A stretch of 64,000 nt of DNA from Octopus sinensis (taxonomy: Eukaryota), in contig NC_042997.1 of NCBI RefSeq assembly GCF_006345805.1, positions 26,970,001-27,034,000 on the forward strand. Reading direction: 5' to 3'. The notes beneath the pieces were generated by a model. It made no database searches. It was not told the DNA's origin and was given only the letters and a program-made list of their open reading frames with translations. Position 1 is the stretch's first letter, and each line of letters starts with the position of its first letter. Below, piece after piece: positions 23,944 to 37,063 of the stretch. Position numbers and translations under genes: made by a program.

Positions 23944-24759
23944 ATCATATATAGCTTACAATCTCGTGATATCTTGTTTACGTGATTCAAAATTTATGCT
24001 TAATTGAAAGAGATCGTCGTCTTGTCCATACGTTTAGATATTCCGTTCAGTTACACCTATGGATAATCATAGGTTTTAAAGATCTTTGTCATATAGAAGA
24101 CATGCTCCGACACGTGAATCAAATATAATTTCAGTCTCATCTTCTACAAGGAGCATCTAATTACCAATCGCTGATCTGGTGGTGGGGTGGGGAACGCTAT
24201 AAAATAAGCAGTGAACCTTATATTATATGAAATAACCTCTGAAGTAGTGCATATTGACATTTGCCTGTACTGTTACAGTGAAGCAGCATCAGAAACACGT
24301 AGGGCATTTTGGTCAAGAGCTTTGATATCTGAGAAATATGACGAAATATGAGTAGGAGGATGTTGCCAGTCAAATTCTAAGTGACTGCGGACGTGTCTAG
24401 AGGCAGGCATATTTGCGGCCAGCAATTCACAATTTCAAAGTGACTGTGTCCCCATTAGCTTAATTTGAGTACGTATCTTCAGTCATACGGAGTATTGAGA
24501 GTTAGTAATATATAATATGGCATTGATTAAACAGTTACTGTTATTCTTCTACGGTCATCTCTAAGTAAACAGATGTACGATCTATCATGACTAGTTCGAT
24601 TCTTTAAAGATGTGTAGGTCTACATTGTATAACGTATCCATCCTTTAGTAAGACAGTAATGTGTATTTTAAGGAAGATTTGACTAGTATCTCTAGCTATC
24701 ATGTCGAATAATGACGCAGACTCATTAAAGCTTCGGATATATTATTGAATCCCCCTTCG

Positions 24760-24925
24760 ATGATGACTGGCTGTGGGATTGCATCTAGAAAGTTACCCTC
24801 CAAGGCAAAGTCCGGGCATGGTTGTTTGAGTCGCCCATGCATACCGGCCTCCCCTCTCCACGCTACCAGTGTTATCCAAGGGAAAGGCAAGGGCTGATAC
24901 AGCTTGGCACCTGTGACGTCGCGAC
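24760..24925 (-). mobile_element. Retroposon fragment with an RTE-like motif
   Basis: GC-rich island containing GTCGCCCATGCATACCGGCCTCCCCTCTCCACGC...CCAAGGGAAAGGCAAGG. Family assignment is from memory only. Confidence 0.4.
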
Positions 24926-25444
24926 CGGATATATTGATTATGGTATTTTCCCGGTTCCTTATTTTCTGAGTTCAAATTCGACTGAGATTAACTTTTTCTT
25001 TTATCATTTCGGGTATCGAAAAAAATATTTCTCAAATATCAAAGCCCTTGACCAAAACGCCCCCTGTGTTTCTGTTCTAGTACTAGGATCGTTGGTGTAT
25101 GGTAACTTCTCTAAATCAGGATTCATTATTGCAGCAACATCTTATAAGGACAGTGTAGTGGCAGAATCGATAGAGCATCGAAAGAAATGCCTTGCAGTAC
25201 TTTTCGTAGTTCTTTACATACTGTGGATAAATCTTGCATGGGTACCTCTGACTTTAATCTCTCGTCGATCGGTAAAGCAAAGTGTGAATTGAGTCAGCGT
25301 AGTCAACTAACACTCCTACCGTGAAAATTACTGTTATCGTCTCTAAATGAAAGCCAATTATTACAGTATAGCCACGTATTATGCAGGCTGTTGATTGTGT
25401 ACTTCATCGGCTTTAGGATCGAAAAGCTCAGAATTGACATATTA

Positions 25445-26001
25445 TTGGGTTGTTCGGAAAGTTCGTGCCGATTTTTAAAGGAAAAAAAAGTTCATAAATA
25501 CTTACCATTACATTTTTAATCAACCAAATATGAACCATTTTGTTGTACAATGCATCTCCATCTTTCCTTTAACTTGAAAATACCCTCTTCCTAGAACTGA
25601 TTTGGTTTCATGGCAAAGACTTCATCAAGGTATCTTTTTACGTCATCCAAGGAATTGAAATTTTTACCATTAAGACAATTCTGCAGAGACCTGAATAAGT
25701 GAAAATCCGAAGTAGCAATATCTGGTGAATATGAAGGGTGGGGTAACACATCCCAGCCGAACTGTAGCAATTTTTTTCTGGTTCGCAAAGTGCCAAAAAC
25801 TAACTTTCTTATCTTCCATTTTAAAGGGTTACAAAATTAACACAGGTTATAGGAATATAAATCTTCTTCCACGAAAGGATAGCTTAAACTGTGCTGTAAA
25901 TGGAGGTGTAGTCAAATCCTATTTTATGGGCTCAACCATGTTCTAAAATAAGTCGAAAGATAAGCTACTATAAATCGGCACTAACTTTCCGGAGAACCCA
26001 A
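25445..26001 (-). mobile_element. Internally deleted mariner (557 bp) with TIRs and TA target duplication
   Basis: TA|TTGGGTTGTTCGGAAAGTTCGTGCCGATTT ... AAATCGGCACTAACTTTCCGGAGAACCCAA|TA, and it encodes GWDVLPHPSYSPDIATSDFHLFRSLQN. Confidence 0.88.
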
Positions 26002-27053
26002 TAGTTTACGATTTGCAATGAATTCATCTATAATAGACAGAGTTGCTTCGTCATGCGCTCGAGTTGTTCCTCACAGTTACAACTCAATCTGTCAGATTTA
26101 CAATTTTCCCAGTGCAACCATTCTACGTAAAGCTCTGTCACATTTGATGAATAGAAATTTGTTCTTAGAGTATCACGATACCAATAATTCCACGATAAGT
26201 TTTCATAACGAGCTTACAGTTCCCAAAGTACGGTCCAGATTTTCATGAATTGAATTCGCTTGATAATGCATTTCGGATCGATCTTCGTATTTGCAAAGAC
26301 AAACAATGTCATAAATGAATGAATTCTAATAAACGTAATTCACAAAGCCCAATCCTCCCAGTGAATCATAGGTTTCATTTCCCTATTTCGATATTTGATT
26401 AAAAAAAAAAAACAACCCAGTTTGACCTAGCCGGAAGACAAATAATAACAAAAGTCTAAATATAGTTATATATTTACTAATCATACGAGAACCTACAACC
26501 TGAAAAGCGAAACGAAACAAAGAAACCCTTTCTCATTTCGGCGATCTGAAAGAAAGATTAAACAGACTTCCTTCAACGAAATAGGATGTTTTATATATTA
26601 CCTGTTTATATTCAAATGAAGCGTTCTCTATTTTAGTGACGTCAGATTTCTTTTTATTTATTTCAATTTTTTTTCCTCTCCGCTTATTTATTTATTATTT
26701 TTTTTTGTTTGTTTACTTGCTTACTTTTTTGGCATTGTTTTTCTTTCCTGATTTCGATTGTTATCTTCGCTCTTCGGATCATATTTAGAATGCTATTCAT
26801 ATGTATCAATTTTTGCTTTATTTAATCAGTTTGATGGTTAGTGTATAATAGCACGCTACAGCTTGTTTATACACAAACACACACACACACACACACGCAC
26901 ACACACACATATCTATATACATACAAATATATATACATACATACACATATATACATATATAGACATACATATATAAATACACACACACACATATATATAC
27001 ATACATATATATATATATATATGCATACATATATACAAACACACACACATATA

Positions 27054-27089
<36 letters not shown>

Positions 27090-27691
27090 TGTATGTATGT
27101 ATGTATGTATGTATGTATGTATGTATGTATGTACGTATGTGTGTGTGTATATCAATATATACTGGCACACGCACACGCGTATATGTATATCGTTTTATGG
27201 GCAGCATTGTCTGCCTTGTATTGTTTGCTTAATGAAACTTGAACTTTGAACTGCATCAGGTTATAAAGGCAAATTACGATTTCTTTATGTTTCTTTATTT
27301 ATCATATTATTGATTTCTAAGTTTGGCACAATGCCACGACTCTGTCGGAAATGAAAATAAACCGATTAAAACTGCCCAGAACATTAATGGTACCGATATT
27401 TTAATACCCCGAATAAATGAAAGGCAAAATCTATTCCAGTAATATTTTAAGTGAGAAGGTAAATGGGATCAACAAAATATTGATCTCTAAGTTTACTACA
27501 AAACCAGTGATTTTGCATCTGGAGTAGTTTCGATTAGACTCGCTCAGCATTTGAGTGATACTCTATTTATCGAATCTACAAGACTGAAAGGCGGAATGAA
27601 TCTCAGTATATTTCAACTCTAAATTTTGTGAGTTGCAAGTAAATAGAGCATGATATGTATTTCAGAGTCTCTACTGATTTTGTCACAGTAT

Positions 27692-28083
27692 GGTTGGATG
27701 CAAGCACTCCGTCGGTTACGACGACGAGGGTTCCGGTTGATCCGAATCAACGGAACAGCCTGCTCGTGAAATTAACGTGTAAGTGACTGAGCACTCCACA
27801 GACACGTGTACCCTTAACGTAGTTCTCGGGGATATTCAGCGTGACACAGAGAGTGACAAGGCCGGCTCGTTAAAGTACAGGTACAACAGAAACAGGAACT
27901 AAGAGTGAGAGAAGGTTGTGATGAAAGAGTACAGCAGGGATCACCACCATCCCCTGCCGGAGCCTCGGGGAGCTTTAGCGGTTTTCGCTCAATAAACACT
28001 CACAACGCCCGGTCTGGGAATCGAAACCGCGATCCTACAACCGCGAGTCCGCTGCCCTAACCACTGGGCCATTGCGCCTCCAC
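27692..28083 (-). mobile_element. tRNA-derived SINE family B, full length (tail type 1; octopus OR1-like, naming tentative)
   Basis: A box TGGCCCAGTGG, B box GTTTCGATTCC, and an 11-bp TSD TGTCACAGTAT at 27681-27691 and 28084-28094. Confidence 0.9.
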
Positions 28084-29204
28084 TGTCACAGTATATATAG
28101 TTTCTAGCTAAGACAAAATGCCTGCGGTTTTGAAGGATGGATGTTATTCATTTATGTCGATCCTATCATTTGATTTTACCGGCCACTGAAGAATGAAATT
28201 CAACTTCATCATGGCGTGAATTGAACTCAGTACGTAAAGCGACGGATGGCATATTGCCCGACGCCTTTTGGATTCTCTCAATACCCCAACCCTGCCAGAT
28301 AGATATTTGCTAAATCTACCGTTCACCATTCAACTACACTTTTTTATCATAATATTCCTTCATTTTGCTTATATTAGATGTTTACAGTAGTGTAAAATGT
28401 ATTTTTGCATTGTATCTTATTTTCATTTTATGAAATTATTTTTAGTACTGTCACAAAATGGGAAATACCCTAAGAACAATCTCACTGTGACCAAGCTCAT
28501 TATAGATTTTAGGTATCTCCAAAACAATATTGATGAAATAACCACGTACGAATAAGTTTGTAGTTAAGACGTTAGCTTCGTAACCTTGTCTTTCAGATAC
28601 CACTACACACCTCCTATGCGCTAGCATTCTCTACCATCGCCTCTAGTGTAATATAGCTGAAGGAAACTGTGCAGAAATCCATCAGTTATATGGCTATGTG
28701 TTTAATATCGGAATAAATTATTCACATCCATGGGGAGTATGGGAAACTTGGAACATTCTAAGGAAAATTCGCTGTGTGTTATTTATAATGCGATATGGAC
28801 AATCTAGTCAAAGGAATTGTCACTCTTGTTTTCAGGTCATATAATTTACGCCCTGACTTCAATCATTGATCGAAGTGAAAGTGCATTTTACAATAAATGA
28901 TAATTATTATCCATAATGTTATTGTAAAATCCATTCAAATAACAATATTTCATTGCGTTCTAAAGCGAAGAGCTGGTATAATAGCTAGCACGCTTGGCAA
29001 AACATTTAGTAGGCATTTCGTCCGTCTTTATGTTCAGAGTTCAAATTCTACCGAGGTCGATTTTAGGATTTCAACCTTTCGGAGGTCGATAAAATAAATA
29101 CTAGCTGCTCACTGGAATCAATGAAATCAGCTTTATCCTTCCCACCGAAATTGCTGGCCTGTGCCAAAGTCTGAAGAGCTTGGCTGGGAAACAATTTCTC
29201 ATCC

Positions 29205-29268
29205 ACCTTATTCGGCCGGCCTTGCTCCTTCAGACTACCATTTGTTTCGTGGTTCACAGAATCATATT
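29205..29268 (+). mobile_element. Small mariner transposase fragment
   Basis: Encodes HPPYSAGLAPSDYHLFRGSQNH. Confidence 0.6.
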
Positions 29269-29992
29269 TATTTTAAATGAAGGTTCGTCCAGTTTCAACA
29301 CAAACCAGCAGAATCTTTGTGTCATTTATGTTACATGAAGAGTATGGCGGAAGGTTAATGCTTACCCTACGACTAAAGCTATAACACAGTACGAGACGAA
29401 CATATGTTGAAAGTTCTAATGGTTATCTCATAGATAAATGAATTAGAAAGGACCTCTTCCGACCTCTATAAAAGGAACCTTTTTTTTATATCAACTATCA
29501 TATTAAGGCAACGAGCTGGCAAAATGCTTAGCAGTATTTACACCAGGCAAAATGCTTTGCGATATCTACTGTCTTTACGTCTGGGTTTAAATTCCGCCGA
29601 GGTCGATTTTACATTGCGTACTTTCGAGTTCGATAAAATAAGAAACAGTTGAGCAATGGATATAATGTGATCGACTTACTTCCTCCTTCCTTAGAAATTG
29701 CATACCTTGTGCCAAAATTTGAAACTAACATTAAGTATCAACGTTCTCTTCACCTCCATAGAACGGTAAATATTCAGCTCATTATCTTCCGCCATAAATA
29801 CCGTCTTTGTTCCTTATTGTGATATCGATAAATAACTATCAATTATTTCTAAGCGACATTAAGCTTTCAGAAACATATCTTAATTAAACTTAACACATAC
29901 ACTGCAATTAAAAGGCAATAAAATTTAATGATGAATTTAGTAATTAATTTTTTTGACGCTATCGCATCTGACAGTATTTAATGAGCATTTAT

Positions 29993-30490
29993 TCATCGGG
30001 TCATCCCATAATTTCTGTCCGAATTTTGAAGAAAAGAAAACAAGTGATCAAATATTATGATTAAATGAAATTTAATCATCAATGTGCTTTCCCTGATTAT
30101 CTATGACTTCCTTCCATTTATTTACAAGCATTTTAATCCCATCAACGTAAAACTCTTGGTTTCAAAGCGAAGAACTCTGAAATGTCAGTTTCGACCTCCT
30201 CCAGGCTTGCGAAAGTTATGTCCTCCAAATGATTCTGTAAACTACGAAACAAATGGTAGTTCGAAGGAGCAAGGTCGGGAGAATAAGATGGATGAGTAAT
30301 TTTTTCCCAATCCGGCTCTTCGATCTTCTGTGATGTGATCTTTGCAGTGTGGAGTAACGCATTGTCCTGATGAAACATCACTACTTTTCGATTCACTAAA
30401 GCGTGTCTTTTTTTCATCCACGGTTACTTCAAATAGACTTGAGCATTGAGAGTTGCATGCGTTTTGTATGAAAGCAACTCTTAGCAATAA
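29993..30490 (-). mobile_element. Mariner 3' fragment
   Basis: MFHQDNALLHTAKITSQKIEEPDWEKITHPSYSPDLAPSNYHLFRSLQNHL, with a TIR-like CGGGTCATCCCATAA near 29997. Confidence 0.8.
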
Positions 30491-32163
30491 GTGCCAATAA
30501 GTGCATGTATTTTAGATAAATGACCATTTAAAGACACCGAGAATGTAGTTTTGACATTGTATTTTATTTATACTTGGATCAATAACAGTATGCAGGATAC
30601 TTAGTTCTCATCTACTCATCTGTTTCGGAGTGTATCTAGAAGGTCATACTCTATGCCATAATACGAATTAAAAATATATCCACAAAGTAGTTTAACTACA
30701 GAATATGTTAAATATATAAAAGGTAAGGTATTGTATGAAAGACAGTATATAAATTCAAAAAATCATTATAGCCACAGCAACAAATCATCCGAATTAATTA
30801 AGTCACTAATTAATTAATTAATAGCCTAGTCCTGTGGATGAAATTCTGTGGCCACAGATACACCCGCTGTTCGGTGGTTTGTTTTCTCTTTTCTTTGTCC
30901 TCTTTGGAAAGAGGCGGTAGGCCGCATGCTTTTGTCCGAATCTGTCAACTATCACAGTTGACCCCCTTAGTCTTACCCTCGTGGCAGGCAGTCACCGATA
31001 GTGAGGGTTAATGCTCGAAGTTGATCTTCTCTAATCTGGTGGCTGAGTTCACATTGACCGCCCAAACAATCAATATCATAGAATATGAAACTTTAGACTG
31101 AAGACTTAGTCAGCATATTGACAATTAGCGGACTTAGTTGAATATCCTCAGTAGCCAGAGGAGCTCCTAAATCAAGCAAAAGATTAACGATCATACCAAA
31201 TACCAAATTTAATCCATCGTACAGATCTCTTACTCGAATTTAGTGGGTGTGCTTGGGAAATCTGGTAAAAGGCTTTCCCAAGAGACGAGAAGCAGTAGGA
31301 TCGAATTGAAAGCAGAGTAATTATGAAGCGAATTTTTCCAGTAGATGTCCTGGATTAACCTGAAAGAAGGGTTGTTTACTTAGAGAATGCTGTATAAGTA
31401 TGCACATCGAGGAAAGAAATTATCGGCGTTGATGGCTCGTTGACAGCTCAGACACGTCTGCCACGGTCGAATAAATACAACGCCTCCAGTAAGAAGATTG
31501 TTTATATTGTATCGATTAACGATCCCAGCTGCAAAACTTGTCTGACGTAGCTATAACACCTCCTGATCGTTGTTGAACCTAATACCTGGACATGAGGTAC
31601 ATAATATTACAGTCTCAATAGCAGTTTCTAATTTCACAAAATGCAAATGATGCTTATTTAATGTTTCGTATTGAGAGTTAACTCCCAACAGGGAATTTAA
31701 ACCTATTAACTTTTTTTATGAAGGTAAAATAGCCGTGAAAAGATAAACAACAAGATTATTTTCTATTGATATTTACACAACATTTCTGTTAGATAGTCTA
31801 AAAAAAATACTTGAGAGAATATTTACCTTTGCCTATTTAATGCAATATTTAATTTCAAGCATTCAAGTCTCCATATTTCCAGGGAGAGTGTGCATCAAGA
31901 TATGTCTCTTCAGCGCTTGACTGGCACTTGTATTATCACTTTCGAATTGAAGCAAGGGAATATCTGCTCCTGTGAGGCTTGAACTCAGTACGTAACTAAC
32001 TACCAAAAGTTTGATATCTAACGCTCTATCGACTCGGGTAATTAACGAACCAAGAAGTAAACGAATGAAAACAGGAACATTTTTATCAGGTGGGCAATAT
32101 CTGTTTGGCATTTTCCATGTAACCATAATCGCAACGTATATATCATATATATTTGCAGTAAAA

Positions 32164-32199
<36 letters not shown>

Positions 32200-33134
32200 G
32201 TAGTAGTAGTAGCAGTAGTAGAAGTACTTTTTTTGTTGTTGTTGTTGTTGTTGTAAATTATATATATTCAAAACGAAACACCAATTTGTCTTCGTAAACA
32301 TTTATCTAAAATATGTTTACCTCCTAACTTCAGTAATTTCTGACGTATCAGAGAGCATGTTTATTCAATGAAGCAAACAAACAAATACCGAAGGAAAAAA
32401 ATTGATGTGTAATATTGTCGATAGAAGGATACTTAGAATAGAAGAAATTCTAGTAACTGTAAGCAGTATATGTAAACAAAATAATCGAGATATAATGATA
32501 GATATTCATAACAGAATTAATGCAATATTGAGTTAACATAAATGTTTACATTTGCGGAAGAAAAGTGGTTTCGTATTTATAACTATATAATGTTTTACCT
32601 TGCCATATAATTGTCTCGATATATTCGGTAAATAAAATTGTCAGTTTATTTTAAGCAAAAATTTTTTTTATAATTTATTAAATGATTGTTATTTCATAAA
32701 AAAAAAATAGTAGATTCGTTTCTGTAGTTCAATTTTCGAATAAAATGTCTATACGTAATTCAGGTTAAAAATAATATTTACAGTCGAGACGTGTTCAACT
32801 GTTTTTCAAAAATTTCTATATTGGTATTGTTTATGCGTTTAAGATAGAGAATTTGATGGAAATATACGACTGAATAACTCATTCTTTGTGGGAGTGATGA
32901 CTTATTTGTATATATAGACACACACACACGACACACAAACAAACAGATAGGGAAACAATTCATAATATAAATACACAGACAATAAGTTTTAATGAGAGAA
33001 TTTACAATGTTAGGAAAAGTCATAAGATATATATATGTGTGTCACTTTGTACGGCACTTAATAAAAACATAATGTTATATGTCTGTATTATAAATATTTA
33101 ATGACAAACATAATTCAAATATCAAAGATGAGCA

Positions 33135-34823
33135 GGGAAGATATATAGACAGGGAAGATATATGGCAGCAATAAATGAGGTCAAATATTACTCTGCTGTA
33201 GGCCCTGATAGATTCCCCGCTAGTCTCCTGAAGGAATGTAGACGCCAACTTGCAGTCCTTCTGACCAGCCTCTGGAGAAATTCGTTAGACGCAGGTTATA
33301 TACCGAAACAGTTTCTATCCCAGTCGGTCATCCCGGTTTTCAAACAGGGAAACAGATCCCTCGCAGTCAACTATCGCCCAATCTCACTCACCTCCCACAT
33401 CATTAAAGTGTTTGAAAGAGTGTTAAGATCAAGGATAGCTGACTTCCTGGAGACCCACAAACTCCTAAATGCAAGTCAGCATGGCTTTCACTGTGACAGG
33501 GACTGTCTAACACAGCTCTTACACCACATTGAAGATGTACTCAAAGCCTTGGGAACAGGTTCGAACTCTGACGTCATATATCTTGACTTCAGTAAAGCGT
33601 TCGACAGGGTAGACTATAATATCCTACTCTCAAAATTGGCAAATGTTGGAATCCGTGGAAAAGTTCTACACTGGATTAAGTATTTCCTGGCGAATAGAAC
33701 ACAACATGTTGTAGTTGATGGAGTCCACTCAAGCCCAGCAAAAGTCACCAGCGGTGTTCCCCAGGGGACTGTTTTGGGTCCGCTACTCTTCATAATTTAC
33801 ACAAACGACCTTTCCAGTGTCGTACATTACTGCAAAGTGAAAATATTTGCTGATGACACTAAGCTCCAGCAAATCGTCAATGAAGAAGCAGACCGAACTC
33901 AACTCCAGTCTGATCTATATGCTGTGAGTCAATGGACAGACAGAAACAAAATGCAACTGAATGAGGGAAAAATTTGAGCTGATGCATTTTGGAAGAAATT
34001 CCTCACTAAAACAACCATACTCTCTTCCTTCAGGGGAACCGCTCACAGCCTCTAACAATATCAGAGACCTGGGTGTAATTGTTGATGACGATCTCAGTTG
34101 GAGTTCACACATCAACAAGAAGGTCGATATAGCTCGTAGGATGAGTTCCTGGATCTTAAGGACTTTCCGGTCCAGAGAACAAGGTGTCATCATACCACTT
34201 TTCTCCTCCTTTGTACGGCCACACCTTGAATACTGCTGCCCACTGTGGTCTCCCCATACAAGACAAAACATCTCCAGAATTGAGTCACCCCAGAGGGTAC
34301 TCACTAAATGAATTGAAGACATGGCTGCTCTCGATTATTGGGATCGCCTTAAAGCCTTGAAACTTTACTCCCTCCAGCGTCGCCGTGAGCGGTACATCAT
34401 TTGTACGATGTGGAGAATATACCGCCAACTTTGCCCAAACGACCTTAACATTAGCTTCAAGGTTCATCCAAGACTGGGACCACGGGCCATACGTCACCTG
34501 CCCAATTCAAGATCACAACATACATGTACACTGCAACATAATTTTTTTCCTCAACAGGCCCTGCCCTATTTAACATTGTCCCGAGGGAGATCAAAGAGGA
34601 AAATGATCCCATCAACTTTAAACGGAGTCTGGATAGATTCCTTCAAAGAATACCAGATAAGCCACCCATAATTGGATACAACTCACCCAACAAGAACTCA
34701 CTACTTGAACAAAACTTGACTTAAACAGGATTCGAATAATCCTATCAGGTGGTGCTATTAAGTTAGACATGGCCTGGACCAATCTTTGGTCGAAACATAT
34801 TAAGTTATCTAAGTTTATCTAAG
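33135..34823 (+). mobile_element. 5'-truncated CR1-group LINE (reverse transcriptase domain, frameshifted)
   Basis: NYRPISLTSHIIKVFER, QHGF, YLDFSKAFDRV, GVPQGTVLGPLLF, FADDTKL, then VRPHLEYCCPLWSP and YSLQRRRERY after a frameshift near 33970. Ends in TTATCTAAG repeats. Confidence 0.92.
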
Positions 34824-34934
34824 ACAGAGTGTGATTAACGATGAAAGTTTCGGATGGGTAAATAACTTGCACATAATTGTTTCAGTACGTATGGATTATA
34901 CTTACACGCACGCACACGCACACACACACATATA

Positions 34935-35015
<81 letters not shown>

Positions 35016-35016
35016 C

Positions 35017-35075
<59 letters not shown>

Positions 35076-35180
35076 CAAAGGAGCAAAAATGCTGGAGTAT
35101 CAGTATACACCACGTGCGAAATTATGAAGTGAAAATATGTAGAAATGATGTAGAAATGATGTAGAAAGGGGAAGAAATAG

Positions 35181-36376
35181 CATTTATTTCACATAGTTTT
35201 AATATCTTTTTATAAATATACATATATACATATACATAGTTTATGGATGGTAATAGTCTCATAAAATGTAATGATATCGAACCGGCTTTCACTATTTAAA
35301 TTAGCTTTTCAAGGGACATTGTGAAGTAATCAGTCCTTGACACAAGGGAATCACGCCGTTTGTGATTTCTTGAAAAGTAAAGTGGAAAGGAGATAATGTA
35401 TAAAGGGGGGCAATAGGTGGTTAGGGGGCAACTACGTCCTCAGTATTATTGAATAGTGGTAAATAAATTTGATTTTGAAACAGGAATATGTAAGGATCAG
35501 GTGGTCAAGTTTGTATATTATGTTGTGGTCTGTACTTTTGCACGAACAGATTTTCCTTGTTTAGGCTTTCTTGTAAAAAGTCTGAATCTTTTTTCATTGG
35601 TATAATTGAAAAATATGGAAATTCGGTGTTTTATTTCTTGCACACCTATCAATATGTTTGCTGGGAGCTAACTGCCTGTATTGAGGAAAACTAATCTGTT
35701 CTTTAAGCTGCGTAACTCTACATCTCAAGGAAAGGTGCGTTTGGCCCACATAATTGTGACTACAACTTGAGCAGGTTAAACACCAGTAAGAACCGCCCCA
35801 GGACTAGGAATAATAATAATAATTATTATTATTTCAATTCTTTCCTTCCAACAAACAGAAACAGTCAGGGGATCCTACCTACTCCTCAACATAGGAATTC
35901 AACCTTCGGAACTTCAACTCTCTCTCCCAGACAAAAACAAAACAACTTCACAGCGCCCCATACAGGACTGAATGCCCCTATAACTCATTCCAAACAAAAA
36001 CACCCATACCACATAAACCCAACCAATTCGTCTAAACAACAATACTCCCACAATAGCAACCCTAGCAATGCGAACACCTTTCAACATAATTATTACAACC
36101 ATTTTCAAAATCAAATTTATTTACTGCTATTCAATAACGCTGAAGGGGTAGTTGTCCCCCTTGCCACCCTTTATCCACTCTCTCCATTTATTCTTGCTTT
36201 TCAAGAAATTTGAAACGGCGTGTCAAGGAATCGTTACTTCACAATGTCCCTTGAAAAGCTAATTTAAATAGTGAAAACCGGTTGAATATCACTACATTTT
36301 ATGAGATGTTTACCATCCATAAAATATTTATATATATATTTCTATAAAAGATATTAAAACTATCTAAAATGAATGC
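35181..36376. mobile_element. Penelope-like element with inverted ~290-bp terminal repeats and a GIY-YIG endonuclease C-terminal remnant (minus strand)
   Basis: Arms at ~35181-35480 and ~36102-36376 are reverse complements by eye. The minus strand at 35760-35519 gives CSHNYVGQTHLSLRCRV...SKHIDRC...FHIFQLYQ* and, after a frameshift, ENLFVQKYRPQHN. Confidence 0.8.
36245..36290 (+). ncRNA. Degenerate hammerhead fold (U3-A8 core) in the Penelope terminal repeat, mirrored at ~35275-35320 on the minus strand
   Basis: TGTCCC-TTGAAAA-GCTA(ATTTAAA)TAGT-GAAA-ACCGGT. Stem I is eroded in both arms. Confidence 0.5.
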
Positions 36377-37028
36377 ATTATACATAGTATTTTAAATGAT
36401 GTACATATGCATATATATATTTGAGTAGTTGAATGAATTATCTTATTAAGGATAATTCGAAAGATAACCGATACCTGGGTAGCAAATTCACATCAGAGAA
36501 TGTCGAGAATAAAGGATATTTGTTAACTAGTCGTTCAACTCCATTCTTTCATATACTTATAATTTTAAAATATGCATATATATACATACATGTGTGTGTG
36601 TGTGTGTGTGTTTATTTGTGTGTGTGTGAGTGTTGGTGTATGTATGTTATGTGTATCATATGTATGTATATGTAGATTGTGAAACTGTATTCTGCAGATA
36701 AGTGGCTCGAGTTTCATTACCGTACACAATTCTATCCACTAATTTTGTATCCTAAGGTGTTTTGAAATAAGCGTAAACTTTAACCGTTTTTATTACTTTA
36801 CATCTATATCCTGGGATCATTTGACTCGACATGTATGTATCTACCGAGATTAATCTGTGTTGACTACAAGGTGATCACCTAATTGCCGTGTTATTAGATA
36901 CTTGTCGAAAACAACTAATGTTCGTTTGATACAATGGAAGATAAGTATCAGTGTACCATGTATTGCTCTTTATGGTTAGTTGTGTTAAATCATAGAGCGA
37001 AATATATTATATATGTGTGTGTGTGTGT

Positions 37029-37063
<35 letters not shown>

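Noticed and set aside
27995-28083. tRNA-like sequences with A and B boxes (also at 10498, 19560, 54338 and 60156)
   Set aside because: These are SINE heads continuous with SINE bodies and TSDs, with no complete cloverleaf, so they are not tRNA genes.
36428-36470. 8-bp hairpin GAATTATC/GATAATTC followed by GAAA
   Set aside because: The upstream core and stem III do not fit a hammerhead, and AT-rich hairpins of this size arise by chance.
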